A DNA stretch of 58,822 bases from a virus (taxonomy: Duplodnaviria; Caudoviricetes): IMG/VR virus record IMGVR_UViG_3300035210_000087, positions 1 to 58,822 of that record; one strand, given 5' to 3'. The notes under the pieces were generated by a model, which was not told the DNA's origin, did no database searches, and saw only the letters and a program-made list of their open reading frames with translations. Below are positions 47,931 through 56,190 of this stretch, one piece after another. How positions within the stretch are numbered: position 1 is the stretch's first letter; each line of letters starts with the position of its first letter. Both the position numbers and the translations under genes were made by a program.

Positions 47931-48400
47931 TGTTATCGCGATCGCGAAACCACGTTTCTGTTATCGCGAAAAGAGAATAACGTTTAAGTCATCGCGATTG
48001 CAGAACCACGTTTATGTCATCGCGCGCAAGCAACCACGTTTATGTCATCGCGCAAAGCGAACAACGTTTTAGTTATCGCCGATTAGGAATGACGTTTGTG
48101 TTATGGCGTTTAAGGAATGACGTTTAAGAGATGGCGCATTGGGAATAACGTTTAAGAGATGGCGCATTAGGAATGACGTTTAAGAGATCGCGAAACAGGA
48201 ACAACGTTTCTGTTATCGCGAGTAAGGAATGACGTTTAAGAGATCGCGCATTGGGAATGACGTTTAAGAGATGGCGTTTAAGGAATGACGTTTAGGTTAT
48301 AGCGCCAACGTAACCACGTTTAAGTTATCCCTACTAAGGAACAACGTTTAGGTTATCGCGCTATCGAGATGACGTTTTAGTGCTCGCGCCATCGGAATAA
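47931..48400. repeat. 28-bp-period degenerate tandem array, 16 units
   Basis: ACGTTT core every 28 nt from 47952 to 48372; consensus about N6-GAAYVACGTTTNNGWBATSGCG. Confidence 0.92.
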
Positions 48401-48853
48401 CTGGTAACTGTCATGTATCACTTGAGCGAATGACAGCAATGCAAGAATATCATTAGGTCATATACTTTACTCTTCCGGGAAGTATGCAAATACCAAGGGC
48501 TTGAAATTGCTCACTTGATTACATGGTTACTCTAGTTCGTTTCGCTTTCCGTATGCCTCTAGAAAGGCCAGGGATGGGCCACTAGAGGCTTGCAGTGATT
48601 TCAGGTATCGCACTAGCGGGGTGGTAGGTTGCAAGCCGCTGGCGACATTTTCCACTTACGGAAAATAGGGCTTATTCTGTATAGTTGCTTATACGCACGG
48701 CACGTTTATTGCTGTCGTGCCATGGTATGTTTGCGGAGTATTATGGTATGTTTCTACTAGGTAACAGCAATTTGTATAACACGTTTTTCCCATACGCGGA
48801 TATGAGAGCACTACTGCAAAGGCAATGTTGCCTTGCAGAAAGGAGAAACCACC

Positions 48854-49234
48854 ATGGCAAAGCCTGCTTCTACTCCTGCTTCTACTCCTGTCATCTCTGA
48901 AAAGGACAAGCTGTTAGCTTCTGCTCCCATCCCTTCACAGCAAGAGATTGATATGCAGGTTGCTGCCTTTGAAGCCGCAAAGCAGAAGGCATTCGTTGAT
49001 GCTTGTGCTGCCTTGGGCTTGGTAGCAAAGCCCAAGGCTGAAAAGTCAAGTGAGCCTGTAGACTATAGGGAGTCTGGTATCAAAGCCGCTGCTACCTATA
49101 AGGCAAAGCTAGAGGCAGAAAGGAAGGCAGCTTTCGCCGCTGGCAAGCCGCTGCCTCTTTCCGCTGGCCAGAAGGCAGCTTTGACCAAGCTGCAGAAGCA
49201 GGCAGCTTGGGAGGCCAAGAACAAGAAAGGCTAA
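48854..49234 (+). CDS. Ala/Lys-rich basic protein (126 aa)
   Basis: AAGGAG RBS; GCT/GCA/TCT-rich codons unlike the rest of the genome; own terminator. Confidence 0.8.
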   Translation: MAKPASTPASTPVISEKDKLLASAPIPSQQEIDMQVAAFEAAKQKAFVDACAALGLVAKPKAEKSSEPVDYRESGIKAAATYKAKLEAERKAAFAAGKPLPLSAGQKAALTKLQKQAAWEAKNKKG

Positions 49235-49257
49235 GCCTCTCTCCTAGGTTAGTCGCA

Positions 49258-49289
49258 AGGGCCACCCGCAAGGGTGGCCCTTTCTCTTT
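49258..49289 (+). terminator. rho-independent terminator
   Basis: AGGGCCACCC-GCAA-GGGTGGCCCT then TTCTCTTT. Confidence 0.88.
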
Positions 49290-49292
49290 GTA

Positions 49293-49530
49293 CCCTGGCC
49301 CCTGGCCCCTGGCCCCTGGCCCCTGGCCCCTGGCCCCTGGCCCCTGGCCCCTAGCCCCTAGCCCCTGGCCCTGGCCCCTGGCCCCTAGCCCCTGGCCCCT
49401 AGCCCCTGGCCCCTAGCCCCTGGCCCTGGCCCCTAGCCCCCGGCCCCTAGCCCCTGGCCCTGGCCCCTGGCCCCTAGCCCCTGGCCCCTAGCCCCGGCCC
49501 CCTGGCCTTGGCCCCGGCCCCGGCCCCGGC
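49293..49530. repeat. 7-mer tandem repeat (CCCCTGG/CCCCTAG family), about 34 units
   Basis: Directly visible; G-run strand is minus. Confidence 0.92.
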
Positions 49531-49540
49531 AATCCATGCC

Positions 49541-49760
49541 GTCTAAGGAATGACGTTTCTGTGTTTGCGTGCTGGCAAACACTGCTATGTCATCGCGATT
49601 GCAGAACCACGTTTAAGTTATCGCGTTTACGGAATGACGTTTAAGTTATCGCGTTCGGAGAACCACGTTTAAGTTATCGCGCCATCGCCATGACGTTTCG
49701 TTTATCGCGGGAAGGCAATAACGTTTAAGTTATCGCGCCATCGCCATGACGTTTCTGTGC
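49541..49760. repeat. second 28-bp-period array, 8 units, same family and orientation
   Basis: Cores at 49553, 49581 (degenerate), 49609, 49637, 49665, 49693, 49721, 49749. Confidence 0.9.
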
Positions 49761-49913
49761 GAACCGTCCTGACGACGTTTGGATTTTGGCCGGGAAAGGC
49801 GATCTCGCTGGTGGGGGCGCGCTGCTAAGCCGCATCGTTTAAGGAGCCGGGCGTTAAAACGACCCCCCCCGTTGAAATCTTGGCCGGAAAACGGTCGGCG
49901 AATAGAACTTTTT

Positions 49914-50213
49914 TCAGCCGGCGCCATCTCGGCGCTCGTGCTCGCCAGCATCGCGTTCGGCTGCGCGAAGCCGCTCGATGTCGCCGCGACGCATTCCCCA
50001 AAGTGGCGGCTTGCGCCTGGCCTGGGAGAACGCGCGCCACTCACGCAGGAACTCGGCGAGCGAGAGCGGGATCGGCCGGCGACCGGCAAGCATCTGCATG
50101 ATCGTGCCCGGCGTCGAGCCCAGCCGCTTGATGAGATAGTTGTGCGACCAGCCGATTTCGACGAGGCACTCGCGCATCTCTTCGGGCAGCATTGGTTCAG
50201 TATCGTCGCTCAT
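49914..50213 (-). CDS. HTH transcriptional regulator
   Basis: MLPEEMRECLVEIGWSHNYLIKRLG..LAGRRPIP; AGGAG RBS. Confidence 0.7.
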   Translation of the reverse strand: MSDDTEPMLPEEMRECLVEIGWSHNYLIKRLGSTPGTIMQMLAGRRPIPLSLAEFLREWRAFSQARRKPPLWGMRRGDIERLRAAERDAGEHERRDGAG

Positions 50214-50289
50214 TGCGTGTAGCTCCTGCAAGTAATGACGTGACGTATGCGTAGTCGGCGGCCGAACGAACTAGATTTTTTTCATCAAC

Positions 50290-50325
50290 TTGACTTGGAC
50301 AAGGCCAGCAAAACTGTCATTATGT
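50290..50325 (+). promoter_or_regulatory. putative early promoter
   Basis: T-tract then TTGACT/TGGACA and a CATTAT element. Confidence 0.4.
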
Positions 50326-50330
50326 GACCT

Positions 50331-50430
50331 CTTCCCTTGCCTTGCCTTCCCTGCCTTCCCTGCCTTCCCTGCCTTCCCTTGCCTTCCCTGGCCTTCCCTG
50401 GCCTTGCCTTCCCTGGCCTCGCCTGACTTC
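50331..50430. repeat. pyrimidine-rich 4-5-nt periodic tract (minus strand GGC/GGG-NN)
   Basis: CCTTG/CCTTC/CCTGG pentamers directly visible. Confidence 0.8.
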
Positions 50431-50476
50431 GCCAAAGGCAATAATGCCTCGGCGAACACCTAGCGGAAGATGACAC

Positions 50477-50770
50477 ATGATGGACCCAACAAAATACGCC
50501 GAGCAGATCAAGCAGCTTGGTGCTGCGACTAGGGATGGATGGGCTGCGGCGGCTGACATTGAGTTGCGGCAGCAGTTCTACAGAGGCGCCAACGCCCTGG
50601 TGGAGACGGGCCAAGCGAAGTCGATTGAGGATGCTTTTCTCATCATGCTTCGCGCCGACGGAAGTTATTCCCCTGCCACAGCCTACGCCTTCCTTGCAGG
50701 CTTCCACCTCCATTTCACACTAGAGGCAATGGAGATGGCGGCGGCGATGGATAAGCAACAGCCTAACTAA
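50477..50770 (+). CDS. hypothetical protein
   Basis: First ORF of the early run. Confidence 0.7.
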   Translation: MMDPTKYAEQIKQLGAATRDGWAAAADIELRQQFYRGANALVETGQAKSIEDAFLIMLRADGSYSPATAYAFLAGFHLHFTLEAMEMAAAMDKQQPN

Positions 50771-50857
50771 CAGGCCGGCGGCTCGCTGCCAGGAGGGCGG
50801 CGGGTCTTTCGCCCTGCAACTGGCGGGCACTGAAGCCTGCTAATGAGGATAAAGCGA

Positions 50858-51274
50858 ATGAAATACCTGATTACGGCGACCAGGACACTCACAGCCTACC
50901 AGCGTGCAGAGTTCGATGTTGAGGCCGAGAGTGAGAATGCGGCTTGGGAGATCGCCCGAAAGAAGGACGCCGACTGCGAAATCAAATGGGAGGACAGTCG
51001 CGAGACAGACCCCAGTCAAGCCGAGTTCGAGATCGAGGAGGACGGACCCTACACCGAGGACCTCGCCGACGAGATGCCCGACCCCGAGGATCAGCCTGTT
51101 CCCGAATGGGCAAAGGCAATGGTGGCGAACTATCGGAAGCTCGCGAACATCCCCGCCAGCGCGACCGACTGGCGCATCTACCTGGTGACCCAAGAGCTCG
51201 CGGACCACCTTGATAGCGACGAGAAGATTCAAGCCATGCGCTGGGCGTTCGAGAATGAGGGCCCGGAAGCATGA
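50858..51274 (+). CDS. hypothetical protein (DpnD/PcfM-like N-terminus)
   Basis: GAGG RBS; FDVEAESENAA motif. Confidence 0.7.
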   Translation: MKYLITATRTLTAYQRAEFDVEAESENAAWEIARKKDADCEIKWEDSRETDPSQAEFEIEEDGPYTEDLADEMPDPEDQPVPEWAKAMVANYRKLANIPASATDWRIYLVTQELADHLDSDEKIQAMRWAFENEGPEA

Positions 51275-51513
51275 GCAGCGACGAAGAGGCTATTGACTAC
51301 GCCACCACGCCGCTGGCTTACCGCTGGAGCTTCCGGGTGCAGTTGACGGACCTTGAGGAGCGGGAATGGACAGTGACAGCGACAGATGTCGCAGACCCAC
51401 GAAAGAAGGTCACGTTTCCCATCTGGGCTGATGACGAGGGCGAAGCCATTTACATCGCGAACAGATGTGTTCGCAGGGGCGTTCCCGACCAGTTGGAGCC
51501 GGCCACCCCCTAG
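51271..51513 (+). CDS. hypothetical protein
   Basis: ATGA coupling. Confidence 0.65.
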   Translation: MSSDEEAIDYATTPLAYRWSFRVQLTDLEEREWTVTATDVADPRKKVTFPIWADDEGEAIYIANRCVRRGVPDQLEPATP

Positions 51514-51634
51514 CGCCTGACACCCTGCCCTGCCAGCCCCGGACGCCAGCACGGCGCCGGGGCTTCAGGTGCGTCGGGGACCTAGAGAACCGGCCCATAG
51601 GCAATGAAGCCTGCGGAAGAGAAGGACAAAGACC

Positions 51635-51874
51635 ATGTCTACGACTATCGGCAATCTCGGTGTCGTGCCGGTCTACTGGTGCGGCAAGCCTCCAGCCATC
51701 TGCGACATCTGCGACCGACCCATTGAGAACGTGTTCATTGATGGGCGGACCCGCATGGGGCCGTGGGCGAACATGGATGCTGGCTGCCATAGCATGGTGG
51801 GCATCGGCCTTGGTACAGGCCGGGGCCAGCGCTTCGAGTGTGTCGAAGCCGGGTGGCTTAAGACAGCCGGCTAA
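51635..51874 (+). CDS. small phage protein with Cys/His ligands
   Basis: CDICD..FIDGRTRMGPWANM..CH..GLGTGRGQRF; AAGGA RBS. Confidence 0.75.
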   Translation: MSTTIGNLGVVPVYWCGKPPAICDICDRPIENVFIDGRTRMGPWANMDAGCHSMVGIGLGTGRGQRFECVEAGWLKTAG

Positions 51875-51919
51875 ACCTGCGGAGGGGAGGGCGCAAGCCC
51901 TCCCTGACGGGAGAAGAAC

Positions 51920-52162
51920 ATGACCACGCCAATCCGAATGGACCAGAACCTCACGGCTCTACGCTCTGGATTTCCGGCTGACGCATATGTCGAGTTCCGG
52001 TTTTACGACAAAGGCCAGATCGTTGACATATGGCGGGGGCCGTTGGGGCGGATGCTCCGATTGTTCAACGACACATGGCCGTGGGCCGGAAAGATGGGGT
52101 GGACTGCAACGATTGAGGAAGTCACGCCGGGCAATGAAGCCGCGACGTGGATTGGAGGCTAG
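51920..52162 (+). CDS. hypothetical protein
   Basis: GGGAG RBS. Confidence 0.65.
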   Translation: MTTPIRMDQNLTALRSGFPADAYVEFRFYDKGQIVDIWRGPLGRMLRLFNDTWPWAGKMGWTATIEEVTPGNEAATWIGG

Positions 52163-52163
52163 A

Positions 52164-52763
52164 GTGACACGACCATTCAGGCCAATGCTGGCCGCGCCGA
52201 TAGACTTCGAGGTGCTGACCTTTCCGATGCTCGCAAGCGTCAAGCTGGACGGCATCCGGATGGTAGTCGCCGGAACTGACCCGGTTGCCTACTCGCGAAG
52301 CATGACGCCGCTACCGAACAGGTGGTTGCAAGCCTGGGTGCAGCAGCGGCCAGAGCTGCAGGACTGCGACGGCGAGTTGGTGGTTGGTGATCCAACGCTT
52401 CCGGGATCGCTGAGCAACACGGTGTCTGCGGCAATGTCGATTGACGTGCAGATGCCGCCTTTTGGCTTCTACGTCTTCGACAGCATTGGCAGCCAGCGCA
52501 CCATCTACCGGCACCGGCTGATGTTCCTGGAGGCGCTGCCAAGGTATCGCGACCAGTCAAAGAGCCTCGGCCAGTATCACGTTGTCGAGCAGGTGCTTGT
52601 CTCTGACATGCAGGAGTTGGAGGCGTTCGAGAACACGGCGCTGGCCGCTGGGTATGAGGGCGTGATGCTCCGCGACCCTGATGGTTTCTACAAGCAGGGG
52701 CGGACATCCGTGAGCGGCGCCGAGCTGCTGAAGCTCAAGCGCGGCATCGAGGAGGCTGGCTGA
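52164..52763 (+). CDS. ATP-dependent DNA ligase adenylation domain only (no OB fold)
   Basis: PMLA, KLDGIR (motif I), DGEL, YVFD, EGVMLR (IV), LLKLKR (V), then stop; GGAGG RBS before GTG. Confidence 0.85.
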   Translation: MTRPFRPMLAAPIDFEVLTFPMLASVKLDGIRMVVAGTDPVAYSRSMTPLPNRWLQAWVQQRPELQDCDGELVVGDPTLPGSLSNTVSAAMSIDVQMPPFGFYVFDSIGSQRTIYRHRLMFLEALPRYRDQSKSLGQYHVVEQVLVSDMQELEAFENTALAAGYEGVMLRDPDGFYKQGRTSVSGAELLKLKRGIEEAG

Positions 52764-52942
52764 TGGCGCGCAAGGTGAAGCGGCCGGCGTGGAAGATCGA
52801 GGCGCTGTTGCCGACTGGCGAATGGGGGTGGGTGCTGCAACCACCGTATCGCAGCCTGGAGGACGCGCAGGCGGCGGCCGACAGGATGCACGAGCAGACG
52901 CCCAAGACCACCTTCCGGGCAGTGAGGGACGAGGACCAATGA
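52763..52942 (+). CDS. hypothetical protein (59 aa, MARKVKRPAWKIEALL...)
   Basis: Read manually; coupled on both sides, GGAGG RBS. Confidence 0.65.
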   Translation: MARKVKRPAWKIEALLPTGEWGWVLQPPYRSLEDAQAAADRMHEQTPKTTFRAVRDEDQ

Positions 52943-53205
52943 CGAAGGCGCCAAAGAAGCAAAAGATGCCGGAAGACGCCGTTCTACTGGAGAACCCGTT
53001 GGTCGTGATGTTCGACGATGGAAGCGGCCACGTTATCACGCACCTGTATGCACCGGAGGGGAAGACGCACGAGGATTTCGGCCTGCTGATCTGCGACCTG
53101 GTCAGGCACGTCGCACGTTTCTTCAAGGTCAGCGAAAACGCCGTTTGGATGTGGGTTGATCTGGAGCGCAAGAACCCGACGACAGACATCACGACGCACA
53201 ACTAG
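52939..53205 (+). CDS. hypothetical protein
   Basis: ATGA coupling, GAGG RBS. Confidence 0.7.
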   Translation: MTKAPKKQKMPEDAVLLENPLVVMFDDGSGHVITHLYAPEGKTHEDFGLLICDLVRHVARFFKVSENAVWMWVDLERKNPTTDITTHN

Positions 53206-53297
53206 CGGCGCGCGGAGGGTTGCGCCGCTTGCGGGCGGCGCAGCTCCCTGCGCACTGCAGGCCGCGGGCAATGGAGCCAGCGAGAAGGAGAGAGACC

Positions 53298-53756
53298 ATG
53301 GAAGCGATTTGGATCAACGCTAAGGACAAGACCATCACGAAGATCGAGTACAGCGACCTCAATCACATGCGCCGGCTGGTGGATGGCCCGATTGAGATGG
53401 CCTACCACTGGCCGACCGGGGAGGTGCTCTACGTCGACGAGGAGGGCTTGCGGAAGCCGACCCGCGGCTGGTTCCGGATTTCGACCCGCACCGACCAGCC
53501 ACTTTCGGGCAACGGGCTGATCGTCGGCCGCGAGATCAATGATGCCGGGCACACTGCGCCGCTGCTGCTCACCGTTGACCAGGTGGCGGCTATGGTGGAG
53601 TTCGCCACCGACGAGCATGTGGCCTCGTGGGCGAAGGCGAACGCCAGCGAGCCATCGGTGAAGGTGTCGTTCGCCAATCCTGACGGCACCTGGACCACCG
53701 AGGTCCTCGGCACGTTTGGCGAGATGATGGGTGGCTTGCCCAAGGACAGGAAGTGA
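53298..53756 (+). CDS. DUF3846-like protein
   Basis: LVDGPIE..LYVDEEGL..LSGNGLIVG; AAGGAG RBS. Confidence 0.75.
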   Translation: MEAIWINAKDKTITKIEYSDLNHMRRLVDGPIEMAYHWPTGEVLYVDEEGLRKPTRGWFRISTRTDQPLSGNGLIVGREINDAGHTAPLLLTVDQVAAMVEFATDEHVASWAKANASEPSVKVSFANPDGTWTTEVLGTFGEMMGGLPKDRK

Positions 53757-53992
53757 CGGGGTATCGCGAACCGGCGCTCTACGACCGAGTGCGGTTCAGT
53801 GCTGCGTTTTGCCGCAACACGGGACAGCACACCGGCTGGACGCCGTTCGCGCGGGGGGTAGTGGTCGCGGTTGACTACCCCATCAAGCGGACTGCGAGCT
53901 ATGCGATAGCGACGGTGGCGTGGGACGACGGGAAGATGACGAAGGTGAACCTCGCCAACCTGATCGGCGAGAACATGCAGGAGACGGACTGA
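53753..53992 (+). CDS. hypothetical protein (SH3-like)
   Basis: GTGA coupling; DRVRF..RGVVV..TVAWDDG. Confidence 0.65.
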   Translation: MTGYREPALYDRVRFSAAFCRNTGQHTGWTPFARGVVVAVDYPIKRTASYAIATVAWDDGKMTKVNLANLIGENMQETD

Positions 53993-54204
53993 TGGCAGAG
54001 AAGCCAACGATCACGATCACCGAAGCGCAGTATCACGAGGCCCGCGACCAGGACCTCGGCTACTGCCTGGCCTGCGGGGCTGAGCGCGAGTGCTGCGAGC
54101 CTGATGCCCGCAAATACGAGTGCGAGGTGTGTGGGGAGAAGCAGGTCTACGGCGTCGAAGAGTTGCTGATAATGGGCCGGGTCACGTTCAAGGAAACCGA
54201 GTGA
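53992..54204 (+). CDS. zinc-ribbon protein
   Basis: GYCLACG..EPDARKYECEVCGEKQVYG. Confidence 0.75.
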   Translation: MAEKPTITITEAQYHEARDQDLGYCLACGAERECCEPDARKYECEVCGEKQVYGVEELLIMGRVTFKETE

Positions 54205-54380
54205 TGCCGAAGTTCAAGGTCCGTGTGTGCGAGAAGCAGGAGCGCCACTGCGATTTCGTGATACTGGCGCCATCTAAAGCCTCGGCGAAAGCGGAGGCGC
54301 TCAGGCTGGTGAGCAGCGGGATGGCAAATTGGAGTTACGAGGATCACGACGTGCAGAGCGCAAAAGTGGTGCCCGAGTGA
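54204..54380 (+). CDS. small protein (MPKFKVRV...)
   Basis: TGATG coupling; paralog-like to the next gene. Confidence 0.65.
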   Translation: MPKFKVRVCEKQERHCDFVILAPSKASAKAEALRLVSSGMANWSYEDHDVQSAKVVPE

Positions 54381-54619
54381 TGCCAAAGTTCAAGATCGGC
54401 GTTATCCGGAAGCAGACGCTCGAAGAGAAGGCCGAGATCGAGGTTGAGGCTGAGAGCGCCGTGGAGGCCGCATTGCTTGTGGCGGAAGCCTACAGCAAGA
54501 ACGGAGACGAAGCCGCCGTCAACGGAGAGAAGCTGATCTTCGAGGGCGAGGAGCTCACCGACTGCACTTGTGACTACGGCCACTGGCCTGACGGCGAGGA
54601 ATGGGAAGCTCTGCTGTAG
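54380..54619 (+). CDS. small protein (MPKFKIGV..., DpnD/PcfM-like)
   Basis: TGATG coupling; IEVEAESAVEAA motif. Confidence 0.65.
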   Translation: MPKFKIGVIRKQTLEEKAEIEVEAESAVEAALLVAEAYSKNGDEAAVNGEKLIFEGEELTDCTCDYGHWPDGEEWEALL

Positions 54620-54652
54620 CGACGTTGTTACAGTTGTGCAACCTGCCCAACC

Positions 54653-54952
54653 ATGACACAATTATTTTCCACCCAAAGCAGGAGGGCGCAGATCGAAGAC
54701 GACGAGCGAAGGGCACTTGAGGCTGAGTTTCTGGCGAATATCGCCAAGGAGCGAGCCACAAACCCGGACATCGACCAGCAATACCGGGAGCTAATTCCGG
54801 ACATCCGTGCGCGGATGATCGCGATTATCGAACGGTTTGCCGAACCGAAAGACTGGGTCGAGGAAGAAGTTCTGCATCTCGCAAGGCGGGAACTGGCGTT
54901 TCTGGCGAGCGAGGAATTCAAACTCGGCACACTGAAGCAGAGGACGAACTAG
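54653..54952 (+). CDS. hypothetical protein
   Basis: Charged helical ORF; weak RBS. Confidence 0.55.
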   Translation: MTQLFSTQSRRAQIEDDERRALEAEFLANIAKERATNPDIDQQYRELIPDIRARMIAIIERFAEPKDWVEEEVLHLARRELAFLASEEFKLGTLKQRTN

Positions 54953-54994
54953 GCGACCGACAGGCAATGAAGCCAGTCGAGCAGGAGACCACGG

Positions 54995-56143
54995 ATGAAA
55001 GAGAAACAGGGGCCAACCAACGGCCTCGCCATAGGCGGCCCAACCAATGAGGCGGAAAAGGTCGTCAACACGATTGAGACCCTGACCCTCCCGGCGGCGT
55101 TGCTGATGGCAGCGGAAAGCGTCAGCGCCAAGAAGGCGCCGGAGGAATATCCGCTCATCACCAGCGTCTATCTCCACGTCAAGGACGGCAAGGGGCGGGT
55201 GGTGTCGACCGATGGGCACCGCATGTTCATCGGCACCTTCCCGCTACCCACGAAGGCGGAGGGCGGCACCCCGAGCTGGTTGCGGGCGGGCATCATGCTC
55301 TCGAACCAGGGGATGAAGGCGAAGATCGGCCTGATTACCAAGGTCGAGGCCACTGACACGCTGCGGATTTCGGGGATGAAGGGGGCGGCGAAGGTCAGCC
55401 TCTCGGATCCAGGGGACCGGGCAGTGTTCGCGGTCGACGTGATGGCGGGCACCTGGCCGGACTACGAGCGCCGGCTGACATCCACCAGCTTCGCGCAAGT
55501 GGCGGTAGACGCCGAAGGGAACCCCGTCGAAGAGAGCGTCACCCGCGAGTGGCAGGCCGTGGGGATCAATAGCAGCTACCTCAAGTCCTGCGGCGAGGTT
55601 GCCAAGCTGCTGGAGGCGGGGCTGCCGGCTGCCATGCGGACCAAGGAGGGCATGGCGGTGCGGACATTCGGGGGCGGCACCGAGACCGCGCCGGTGGTGT
55701 TCGCCTTCGACGGCTGGCCCGGGTCGCTGCTGGTGCTCAACCCGGCGCTCAGCATCAATCCGGAGATGAGCCGGGAGACAGCGGCCATCCTGGCGCCGGC
55801 GGCCCGGCTGACGATCGCCGCGCTGACGGCGCACAGGACGCGCCAGCTCATGCGGATGGAGAAGGCCACGACTGACTGGGAACGGGAGGATGCCCGCGCC
55901 AAGGCGGCCGACTTCAGCGCCAGGATCGCGGCGGTGCAGGACAAGGTGATCGCCGCCGCCGCCGCCATCGCAGCCGAGAAGGCGAAGCCGACCATCAAGG
56001 CGGAACCCAAGCCCGAGCCAGAGCCGCAGGACAAGGCGGAGGACGAGCCCGAGCCCGAGGACGAGCGGGATGATGATGCCCCCACCATGGGGCCGGCGCC
56101 CAAGACGCGCCGCACGAAGATCAACGTCGGACCCGCCAACTGA
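54995..56143 (+). CDS. DNA polymerase III beta-clamp-like protein with acidic tail
   Basis: ITSVYL..VVSTDGHRM, GTWPDYER, VGINSSYL resemble clamp domains II-III. Confidence 0.7.
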   Translation: MKEKQGPTNGLAIGGPTNEAEKVVNTIETLTLPAALLMAAESVSAKKAPEEYPLITSVYLHVKDGKGRVVSTDGHRMFIGTFPLPTKAEGGTPSWLRAGIMLSNQGMKAKIGLITKVEATDTLRISGMKGAAKVSLSDPGDRAVFAVDVMAGTWPDYERRLTSTSFAQVAVDAEGNPVEESVTREWQAVGINSSYLKSCGEVAKLLEAGLPAAMRTKEGMAVRTFGGGTETAPVVFAFDGWPGSLLVLNPALSINPEMSRETAAILAPAARLTIAALTAHRTRQLMRMEKATTDWEREDARAKAADFSARIAAVQDKVIAAAAAIAAEKAKPTIKAEPKPEPEPQDKAEDEPEPEDERDDDAPTMGPAPKTRRTKINVGPAN

Positions 56144-56190
56144 CTGGCAGGGGCGGCCGGTGGCCGCCCCGCGACCTTGGGAAGATCACA

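Noticed and set aside
47931-48400. CRISPR or TIGR array
   Set aside because: Period is 28 nt with only 6-nt variable linkers that recur (CATTGG, TTTAAG); no cas or Nop-domain gene is recognisable nearby.
49207-49416. ORF with PWPLAPG repeats
   Set aside because: It is the translation of the 7-mer tandem repeat and crosses a terminator.
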